A stretch of DNA of 64,000 bases, taken from the NCBI GenBank assembly GCA_947258385.1, contig CAMYII010000116.1, forward strand, positions 3,984 through 67,983. The letters run 5' to 3'. The stretch comes from Acidiferrobacterales bacterium. Lineage in GTDB: Bacteria > Pseudomonadota > Gammaproteobacteria > Acidiferrobacterales > SZUA-150. This document shows positions 56,877-64,000 of the stretch, piece after piece; within the stretch, counting starts at the first letter, position 1, and each line of letters begins with the position of its first letter. The notes below the pieces were generated by a model that was not told the origin of the DNA, did not search any database, and saw only the letters and a list, made by a program, of their open reading frames with translations. Both the position numbers and the translations under genes were made by a program.

Positions 56877-59099
56877 CTACATCGTGATCCGTCGGTAGAT
56901 ATCCGACACCCTATAGGGCAACTTGTGCACGTCTTGAATGACCGTGAAATTCACCGCCCCGTACATATGGGGCAGGTATTCCATGGCCTCGTCGTCGATC
57001 GTGATACAGAAGGGATGGATACCCTGGTACTTGGCCTCGAGCAGGGCCTGACGGGTATCCTCGATGCCATAAACGCCGCGGTATCCATCCTGGTCATCGG
57101 GCCTGCCATCCGAAAGCGTGATGAGCAGCTTGGTCCTGGCCTCGATATCCTGAAAGAGCCTGGTGACGTGGCGGATGAAGACGCCCATGCGCGTATAGTC
57201 CTGCGGCTTGATCCCGCTGATACGGCTGCGCACCTCCTCGCCATAGGGCTCGTGCAGATCCTTGATGCGAAACAGATCGCAACGCCTGTGCGTGAGCCCG
57301 GAAAATCCGTAGATCGCGTAACGGTCGCCCAGGATCTCCAGCGCCTCACACAGCAAGACCAGAGACTCGCGCTCGATCTCATTGATCCAGCCCTTGGTTG
57401 AACCGCTCATGTCGACCAGGAACACCACCGCGATATCACGATCGACGCGCTTGCGCCGGGTAAACAGGCTCTCGCTCGGCTCAAACCCTGCCTTTTGGTC
57501 GGTATAGGCTTGGACGACGGCGTCTATGTCGATGCCATCACCTTGAGGCTGCCTTTTCACGATCTTGTCCTCGCCGCGCAGGGCCTCAAAGGTACGGTAA
57601 AGATGCTTCAACAGTCCCCTGTACTTCTGCCGCGTGAGATCAACGAAGTTATCCCTTACCGGGTGGACCCTGCGCTCCCGCAACAGACACCAGTTCCGCC
57701 GGTGCTGCTTGCGCATGTAGTCCCATTCATCATAGATATATTCACTGTGACCAACCTCAAAGCGCGTGTCGTGGCCCGCACCCCTGCGGGCGGTGAAATC
57801 GTACGCGCCATGGCCGGCAGGCACCAGATACTCATCGGGGATGTATCCGTTATCCTGAACGATCGAATCGAGTAGCTGCTGCATGTCTTCGGCCGGGGCG
57901 ACCGGCTCGCCCTCAAGCCGCAATTCGAAGCGAAACCCGTCAGGCATGTCCAGAGCCGGAACCTTCAGGATCTGAAATTCGCCTTCCTTGTCACCATCGT
58001 TTGTATCACGGGGGGCTTCGACGCCACCTTCGGGATCAAGTGCCGCCAGCAGCTCCTGCAACGCCTGTTTGTCGCGCTGCCCGCGCTCGCCGATCACCTG
58101 TTCGGTCCGGTCGGGAAAGAGCACGCCCTGATAGCAGACCGTCTGGGGGATCCCGTCACCGCCGTACAGCCGCGGCACCAGCGCCTGGCTGTCCATGGCC
58201 GTGGCCTCCGGTGACCGCAGGCACCGCGCCGCAAGCGCCCACTCGGCGGACAGCGCCGCGGCATGACTCAGTTCACGCAATCCTGTCAGTTCACGGTAAA
58301 TACCCGGCAGCTCCCTCGCGACACAGGCATCGAGCCGGATGGTCTCGAGCGCGTGAAACACGAGCACGGCCCGTTCCGGATCCGCAAAACGCTCGGCCAG
58401 CCGCGACAGGCCCTCACTCCAGGTTCCGAACCAGGTTTGTGCCCATAGATACACGGCCATGGCTTTATACAGGCGATAGTTGTCCGCCTCACCGTCGAAT
58501 CGGTCGATAACGGCCGGCAGGAACAGGGTTTCGGTGTCGGTATAGACGTCATCACCGATCGCGAGCTTTAGCCCACGCCCGTTCAGCCCCCGCACAAAGG
58601 GCTCCAGTATCCGCACGACGTTGCCAAATCGTACCCCTTCGCAGGCCCGCCGGAGCGAATCGATGTACTCGTCGACCTTCTGCATGGCAACGATGGTCGG
58701 CAACACACCGCCCTCGGCATACCGGTCCAGCAGATGCTGCACCCACGCCGGCCATTCCGCCTCTTCCAGCCGCTCCAGGCTGTCGATACCAAACATCGCG
58801 AAGTTATACGCCAGCTCGGTGGTCTCCTGACCGATGAATTCGACCGCCTGCAGGAAGCGTTCCTGCCGCGCACGATCAAATCCCGCCAGGGCCGCGGCCG
58901 ATGCACTCATCGTGCGCCGCGTTGAAAGCACCATGAATACGAGCGATTCAAGGCGCTGCCGCAGCGCGCCGGCATCGAGGGGATCCGAGGAAATCGCGTC
59001 GACCATAATGCAGACATAACAGATCGACATCCGGATTTCAAAATCTAACTCTATGCGGAGCGTGGTAGCGCCTGGTTTCATCCGGTGCGGATCAAACAC
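56877..59099 (-). CDS. CbbO/NorD-family vWA-domain protein
   Basis: A long helical N-region plus a C-terminal vWA domain with MIDAS VDMSGST ... TLSDGRPDD ... ITID. The start is uncertain (ATG 59099, 59030 or 59006). Confidence 0.75.
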   Translation of the reverse strand: MFDPHRMKPGATTLRIELDFEIRMSICYVCIMVDAISSDPLDAGALRQRLESLVFMVLSTRRTMSASAAALAGFDRARQERFLQAVEFIGQETTELAYNFAMFGIDSLERLEEAEWPAWVQHLLDRYAEGGVLPTIVAMQKVDEYIDSLRRACEGVRFGNVVRILEPFVRGLNGRGLKLAIGDDVYTDTETLFLPAVIDRFDGEADNYRLYKAMAVYLWAQTWFGTWSEGLSRLAERFADPERAVLVFHALETIRLDACVARELPGIYRELTGLRELSHAAALSAEWALAARCLRSPEATAMDSQALVPRLYGGDGIPQTVCYQGVLFPDRTEQVIGERGQRDKQALQELLAALDPEGGVEAPRDTNDGDKEGEFQILKVPALDMPDGFRFELRLEGEPVAPAEDMQQLLDSIVQDNGYIPDEYLVPAGHGAYDFTARRGAGHDTRFEVGHSEYIYDEWDYMRKQHRRNWCLLRERRVHPVRDNFVDLTRQKYRGLLKHLYRTFEALRGEDKIVKRQPQGDGIDIDAVVQAYTDQKAGFEPSESLFTRRKRVDRDIAVVFLVDMSGSTKGWINEIERESLVLLCEALEILGDRYAIYGFSGLTHRRCDLFRIKDLHEPYGEEVRSRISGIKPQDYTRMGVFIRHVTRLFQDIEARTKLLITLSDGRPDDQDGYRGVYGIEDTRQALLEAKYQGIHPFCITIDDEAMEYLPHMYGAVNFTVIQDVHKLPYRVSDIYRRITM

Positions 59100-59222
59100 T
59101 CAATTAGCAACACTTGCCGAGGGAGTTGGCGGAATGTGCGCCGGAAAACCGGAATCCGTTATAGGGGTTGACAATCAGGGCCTGGCAGAAGATCGACCGT
59201 CTTGGCGGACTCGACGCGGCCT

Positions 59223-61469
59223 TCAGCCCGCCCGCTGCCAGATCGATACCGAAGACCCGTCGGAGGCCAGCGTCTGCTCGTCTTCGACTTCGTGCTCCGG
59301 ATCAGGACTGGCGGGGTGCAAGTAGTTACCCTGGGCATAGTCCACGCCGCTGCTGAACAGCACCGAGAACACCTCCGCCTGCTCGACCCCACTGGCGATG
59401 GTCGGGCATCCCAGCGCCTGCGCGGCGGCAACAATCCCACTCGGGTCCTTTTCGCCGCCCGGGCTACAGTCGATTTTGACAAAATCAATACCCGATCCCG
59501 CCAGCCGCACCTGTTCACTGAGCCCGGTACCAAAACCGTCTACCACGACACCCGCACCGATCTTCTTCGCCTCCCTGACAAATGCCAGGGCCGGCTCACT
59601 ATGGGCGGCGAACGCCGACCCGTCGAGTTGGAAGTAGAGCTTGTCTGCGCTAACACCCATTGTCTTGATATGTTGCTCGATGGCGCGCAGCAGCGTACCG
59701 TCAGCGAAGCATGCCGCTGAAAGACCGATAAAGAACGCGCTCTGCCGACCCTGCTTGTGCAGCGTTGCAAGCGTATCGATCGCGTGTTTGACGACTAAGC
59801 GGTCCAGCTTGTCCGCAATTCCCACGCGCCGCGCGGCCTGCATGAAGTCCGCAACCGGTATCGGCCCATCATCACCGCTGATAAACAGCTGGACTTCGAA
59901 GAAATCGCGCGGCTCGCCGTGAAGGTGCGTGATCGGCTGATACCAGAGTTGCACGTTGTTCTGCTGCAGGGCCGCCTGCAGCACTTGCAGTTGATCCGTA
60001 TTGGCCCCCGTCCGTGGCGCAGCCTCGGTGACTGACTGCGACTCTGTCTCTGTCTCTGTCTCTGTCTCTGTCTCTGTCTCTGTCTCTGTCTCTGGCAGGG
60101 CGCCGGGCTCGGCCTGTGCGACGGGCTCGGCCTGGGCCTGTGTCTGCACCGGCGACTGAGCAACAGGCCCCTCTGTGACCACCGGCTCGGCCTGCGTTGT
60201 CTCAGACGGTGGCGTCTCCTCTTTAACATTAAACCCGGCACGTAGCACCGCTTGCCGGTCCCCGGCGGTTTCGTCGATCACGATCAATCTGCTCGTGAAA
60301 TCACACTCAATGCTCTTACCGCCTTCGGTCAACCGCAAAGCCTTAATCATGCTCTCGAGATTCGCTTTGACCTGCTCGGCTTCCGGCATCGACTTTTCAT
60401 TGAACAGCACAGCGAACTGTCCGCCTCCGATCCTGGCCAGCAGGCCTTGATCCGCTACCTGTTCACGCAGTTTCCGCGCCAGCATGAGCAATAGGCGATC
60501 GCAAGCGGCATAGCCGAGGGTATCATTGATTTCCTTGAGCCGGTGCAGCTCCAGGCATAGTAGCGGACTGGCCACCTTACCTGATTTGACCTTTTCAATT
60601 GTTTTGCCCAACGCCTGCAGGAAACAATGCCGGTTAAACAGGCCGGTGAGTACATCTCGCTGATGGAGGTGCTGCAGCTTGTTCTCTAGCGCCTTGTGCT
60701 TGGAGACATCGGTAACACAAACCTGAACGCAGTGTTCGCCCGCGATGGTGATCGGCGACATCGTGATTTCAACAGGAAACGTGCTGCCGTCAGCGGTCAC
60801 GGCGAGAAACTCTTGCGGCGTCTCCACGCCCTGGGCCTTGCGCAGACAGGCTTTGAATCGATTGTGGTCCTTGCCCTCGAGCAGATTGAGCACGGGAATC
60901 ACTCTCAGCTGTTCCAGGTCATCGTAGCCAAAAAGCTGAAGATAGGCGGTATTGGCATCGATATGGATGCCGTCATGGCAGTAACAAATCGCTTCCCTGG
61001 AGCCCTCGACCATGACCCGGTAGCGCTCTTCGAGCTGTTGCAGCGCGTCCTTGGCCTGTAGGCAGCCACGGCGCTGTTCCGCCACCCGGAGCTCGCGGGC
61101 AACGGCAGGCAGCAGGCGCGCCCACTGCCCCTTGATGATCACATCGTGGGCCCCCTGGGACATGATCTCGCCCAGTTCATCATCGCTAATCTCACGGGTC
61201 AGAACCAGAAACGGCAGCTGCGACTCGCAGCCCTTTATCATAGTGAGGGCCCGGGCGGCACCAAGATTGGCGATATCGTTTTCGGAAAGCACAATATCCC
61301 ACTCCCCGCCCGCCAACGCCGCCTCCAGGGCGGGGGCAGTATCCACCCGATGGCTCTTGAGCAGATAACCGCTGTGCCGCAGCACATTCATTGCCTGGTC
61401 GGCATCATCTGCCGAACCGTCAATGACGAGGAGTCGGAGATTTTTTTTACCGGCTTGTTCTTCGGCCAT
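59223..61469 (-). CDS. FimX-like REC-PAS-GGDEF-EAL protein with degenerate signature motifs
   Basis: In the REC-like N-terminus the acceptor position reads Glu (WDIVLSEND). A PAS domain follows. GGGQF replaces GGDEF. A (TE)n linker is present. In the EAL-type domain FEVQLF replaces EALxR, FIGLS replaces the N-containing block, and YFQLDG replaces ExxE. The start is set at ATG 61469 (MAEEQAGKKNLRLLVIDG). Confidence 0.8.
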   Translation of the reverse strand: MAEEQAGKKNLRLLVIDGSADDADQAMNVLRHSGYLLKSHRVDTAPALEAALAGGEWDIVLSENDIANLGAARALTMIKGCESQLPFLVLTREISDDELGEIMSQGAHDVIIKGQWARLLPAVARELRVAEQRRGCLQAKDALQQLEERYRVMVEGSREAICYCHDGIHIDANTAYLQLFGYDDLEQLRVIPVLNLLEGKDHNRFKACLRKAQGVETPQEFLAVTADGSTFPVEITMSPITIAGEHCVQVCVTDVSKHKALENKLQHLHQRDVLTGLFNRHCFLQALGKTIEKVKSGKVASPLLCLELHRLKEINDTLGYAACDRLLLMLARKLREQVADQGLLARIGGGQFAVLFNEKSMPEAEQVKANLESMIKALRLTEGGKSIECDFTSRLIVIDETAGDRQAVLRAGFNVKEETPPSETTQAEPVVTEGPVAQSPVQTQAQAEPVAQAEPGALPETETETETETETETETESQSVTEAAPRTGANTDQLQVLQAALQQNNVQLWYQPITHLHGEPRDFFEVQLFISGDDGPIPVADFMQAARRVGIADKLDRLVVKHAIDTLATLHKQGRQSAFFIGLSAACFADGTLLRAIEQHIKTMGVSADKLYFQLDGSAFAAHSEPALAFVREAKKIGAGVVVDGFGTGLSEQVRLAGSGIDFVKIDCSPGGEKDPSGIVAAAQALGCPTIASGVEQAEVFSVLFSSGVDYAQGNYLHPASPDPEHEVEDEQTLASDGSSVSIWQRAG
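60042..60089. repeat. hexanucleotide microsatellite (CTCTGT)x8 inside a coding region
   Basis: Eight perfect tandem CTCTGT units, followed by CTCTGG. On the coding strand they encode the (Thr-Glu)n linker. Confidence 0.9.
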
Positions 61470-61849
61470 CGTGAGTCCTGTGTGTCGCCGGTAGACCCCG
61501 GAGCCTGGCGCTCGGAAGGTTTCCGGTATCTGGTCAACGGGCCATCCTCGCCCCGGGTTCGGGTCCTCGATACAGAATAAGCAAAAACCGGGCCAGGCGT
61601 AGAACGGCCGGATTAGCGCATTTTTCCGCGATTTCAATGTCTTAAAGCGGGCGCCACCGGCGTCCCGCGGGACTGTGACGCCCGGCACGGTGACACGCAG
61701 CGACGGTTGAGACGGCCACGCCCGTTGGGGAGATAAGCGAAGGACAAAGGCGGTAAACGCACCCGCCGTGAGGAACTGATTACGCCGCTGGCGGGTATCG
61801 GCCGAACGCGACGGCGATCCTGGCCAGTGCCTGCCGCGTATGACCCGCA

Positions 61850-63622
61850 TCAAGCAGGCGTAGTGTGCGACGGCGTGTACTCGGGGATACGAACATGGAA
61901 GGTCGTGCCATTTTCACTGCTGCTTTCAAAGAAAATACTCCCACCCATCTTCTCAACGAGGAATTTGGTGATGGCCAACCCCAGACCGGTGCCCCCCTTC
62001 TCCCGCGCGTCAGAGGCGTCGGCCTGGGCGAACTTCTGAAACACACGGCTCCGGAACTTTCCGGGAATACCCGGGCCACGGTCGCTTACGGCGATGTGGA
62101 TGTTGCCCTCTTCCCGGCGCATCGAAATGTCGACACTTTGTCCCGCCGGAGAGAACTTGACCGCATTGGAAAACAGGTTTGTCAGAACCTGAATGAAACG
62201 CTCTTTGTCGATGTTGGCCGAGGCCGCGGCCAACCGCTGCGTGACCGTCAACCTCACATCGTACTGATCGGCGAATGCCTGGTTGATCTCAACCGCATGA
62301 TCAACTAATGCTGGAAGCTCACATATCTCAAAGCTGAACCGCATCTCACCAGACTCCAGTTTCTGGATATCCAGAAGATCATTGATGAGATTCAACAAAC
62401 GGTCGCAGTTCTTGTACGCGATTTCAGTAAACTGCTTGGCCTGCTCGGGCAACTCGCCGCCGATGTCTCCCCGCATGAGCCCCAGGGAGCCGCGAATGGA
62501 GGTCAGTGGAGTCCTGAGCTCATGACTGACGGTCGAAATAAATTCGTCTTTCATACGTTCGACCTTTTTGCGCTCGGTAATATCCTCCGCCGTACCGACT
62601 ACCGCGCTGATCCCGCCTTCTTCACGCATCGGGGCGCCGCTAAAAGAAATGACGCAAATGTGGCCGTCCTTGCGCACAATCTCGGTTTCCTGGCTTCGAA
62701 CCGCTTCGCCATGAACAGCGGCACGCATAAACTGTTCCTGCACGGGCGGCAACGTATTAGGAGTGAACAAGACTGAAAACGGCTGGCCTATCAGCTCCTC
62801 AATCTCATAACCGGTCAACACGCTTGCGGCGTGATTCAGGCGCACAAACCTGCCTCCCAGATCAATGACGTAAATCGCATTTGTCGCGCAATCCATGATG
62901 CGTTCGAGAAATTGATAGCTGTCTCGCAACTCCCCTTCTATGCGGGTACGTTCGGCGATCTCGTCTATGAGTTTACGATTGGTTGCCTCCAGCTCATCCT
63001 TGGACTGCCCCAGATCATTAATCAAATCAATGTTCTCATACCTCAGTCTCAGTGATTCGCTCAAGGTGTCATTGATCCGGCGAGATGTGGCTACCAATAC
63101 GACGAAAAATAGCAGCACCATGAGACCGATATAGACGTGAATGGTACCTTCCTGCAGAAAGAGCCAGATCGCCAGCGGGAGAATTGTCGGCACGAGGTAG
63201 GCAATATAGACCCGCGTAACGGACGAAAGAAATGGCACGGCGCCGGCTGACATACCGGCAAGGGTGATCAGAACAAGCATCTGATGGCCGACACTGTGGA
63301 CGGGAAACAGCAGTGTTCCTGCCAGGCCCCAGCAGATGCCCGTTGCTGCCGCGCCGACCAAAAACAAATCGCGCCAGCGCCTCGGCTCACTCTCCGGGGC
63401 CAAGGCGCGAGCATAGTATTTGACCAGGGCATAGCGCGCACCGATTATCGACAGCATCAGGGCATACCAGGCAAGCAGAACCCTGTGATCGAGGACTTCC
63501 AGCAAAACGGCAACGAGTACCGTGGCATTGAATACGGTGGCAAGAAAGCCCAGAGTCGTCTGCTTGTAAAGAAGCCTGACCTGCTCGGCCAGGATATGGT
63601 GGCTTACCGCTTTGGTCTGCAT
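61850..63622 (-). CDS. membrane PAS sensor histidine kinase
   Basis: Five or six N-terminal TM helices, a PAS domain, the H-box FISTVSHELRTPLTSI and ATPase boxes (NLFSNAVKFSP, DRGPGIP, GGTGLGLAI). Confidence 0.85.
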   Translation of the reverse strand: MQTKAVSHHILAEQVRLLYKQTTLGFLATVFNATVLVAVLLEVLDHRVLLAWYALMLSIIGARYALVKYYARALAPESEPRRWRDLFLVGAAATGICWGLAGTLLFPVHSVGHQMLVLITLAGMSAGAVPFLSSVTRVYIAYLVPTILPLAIWLFLQEGTIHVYIGLMVLLFFVVLVATSRRINDTLSESLRLRYENIDLINDLGQSKDELEATNRKLIDEIAERTRIEGELRDSYQFLERIMDCATNAIYVIDLGGRFVRLNHAASVLTGYEIEELIGQPFSVLFTPNTLPPVQEQFMRAAVHGEAVRSQETEIVRKDGHICVISFSGAPMREEGGISAVVGTAEDITERKKVERMKDEFISTVSHELRTPLTSIRGSLGLMRGDIGGELPEQAKQFTEIAYKNCDRLLNLINDLLDIQKLESGEMRFSFEICELPALVDHAVEINQAFADQYDVRLTVTQRLAAASANIDKERFIQVLTNLFSNAVKFSPAGQSVDISMRREEGNIHIAVSDRGPGIPGKFRSRVFQKFAQADASDAREKGGTGLGLAITKFLVEKMGGSIFFESSSENGTTFHVRIPEYTPSHTTPA

Positions 63623-63948
63623 CAGACGTGCCTAGATCAAAGAACGATTTCCCCAGTTTAGCAGGCGGGGGGCGAGGCCCGGCAGGCGTGGACTTCTCAT
63701 AGCCGTGGCCACACGCCCCCCCACTTTGACGCAGATCATGGTAATTTGGCGGTTATGGGCTATTATTGTTGTTGGAAAGTGGTCCTGCCGGCCGAATTGA
63801 GACCGGGGGTATCTGCGACGGCTCGGGACTTGTACCTACAGGCGCCCGAATCCCTTCCAGAAAGTCCAAGGTCATTACCGGTTAGTGACAATTCCAGAGT
63901 CAAACGCAGGGACCCAACCTATTTGATCAGCGATAGGAGAACACGACC

Positions 63949-64000
63949 ATGAGAATCAGCACCACAGACCCGATCACGCTGAACGACATTCCTGACCCGG
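63949..64000 (+). CDS. 5' end of an unidentified gene running off the window
   Basis: AGGAG lies 9 nt before ATG 63949. The frame stays open to the window end (MRISTTDPITLNDIPDP..). Confidence 0.3.
   Translation, partial: MRISTTDPITLNDIPDP

Noticed and set aside
60042-60089. A regular short repeat that could be mistaken for a CRISPR-like array.
   Set aside because: It is a 6-bp perfect microsatellite with no spacers, lying inside a coding region. It is not a CRISPR.

Overview
The window is 64 kb of a high-GC (about 60-65% by eye) proteobacterial chromosome. It is probably from a gammaproteobacterial sulfur oxidiser, judged from fccAB, a TsdA-like cytochrome and a SUF operon with sufU/sufT/Rieske. 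I support about 50 protein genes. I recognised no rRNA, tRNA, CRISPR array, transposase or integrase.

Gene content from left to right:
- The yeaG(prkA)-yeaH-ycgB(spoVR) stress module.
- A frame-broken PEP-utilising enzyme.
- An MBL hydrolase, an M48 peptidase and FtsH.
- A small MscS-family channel.
- A BlaI/BlaR1-like pair followed by a secreted MBL-fold hydrolase; both share a palindromic operator.
- A LuxR-GAF regulator.
- A periplasmic cluster of a TsdA-like dihaem cytochrome, a pentahaem cytochrome, two tandem SoxB/5'-nucleotidase-like hydrolases and a 1016-aa double beta-propeller.
- A CBS protein and a sigma-54-driven micro-ORF.
- fccAB.
- An attEFGH-like ABC system.
- sufBCDSUT plus a Rieske protein.
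- Photolyase, a frame-broken quinone oxidoreductase and a YbgA-like protein.
- An MscK-like channel.
- A CarH/LitR-type B12 photoreceptor regulator and a GST.
- An HD-GYP protein.
- ybbP-ybbA/tesA.
- A Nudix hydrolase, an orphan CbbO/NorD-like vWA protein, a FimX-like degenerate REC-PAS-GGDEF-EAL protein and a PAS histidine kinase.

The best candidate for an undescribed system is the 13.9-25.3 kb periplasmic cytochrome/hydrolase/propeller cluster. The BlaI/BlaR1-like module with its MBL hydrolase ranks second.

Caveats: all family calls come from motif recognition by eye, with no searches run. Start codons are often uncertain. Three genes have broken frames, which may be pseudogenes or assembly errors.
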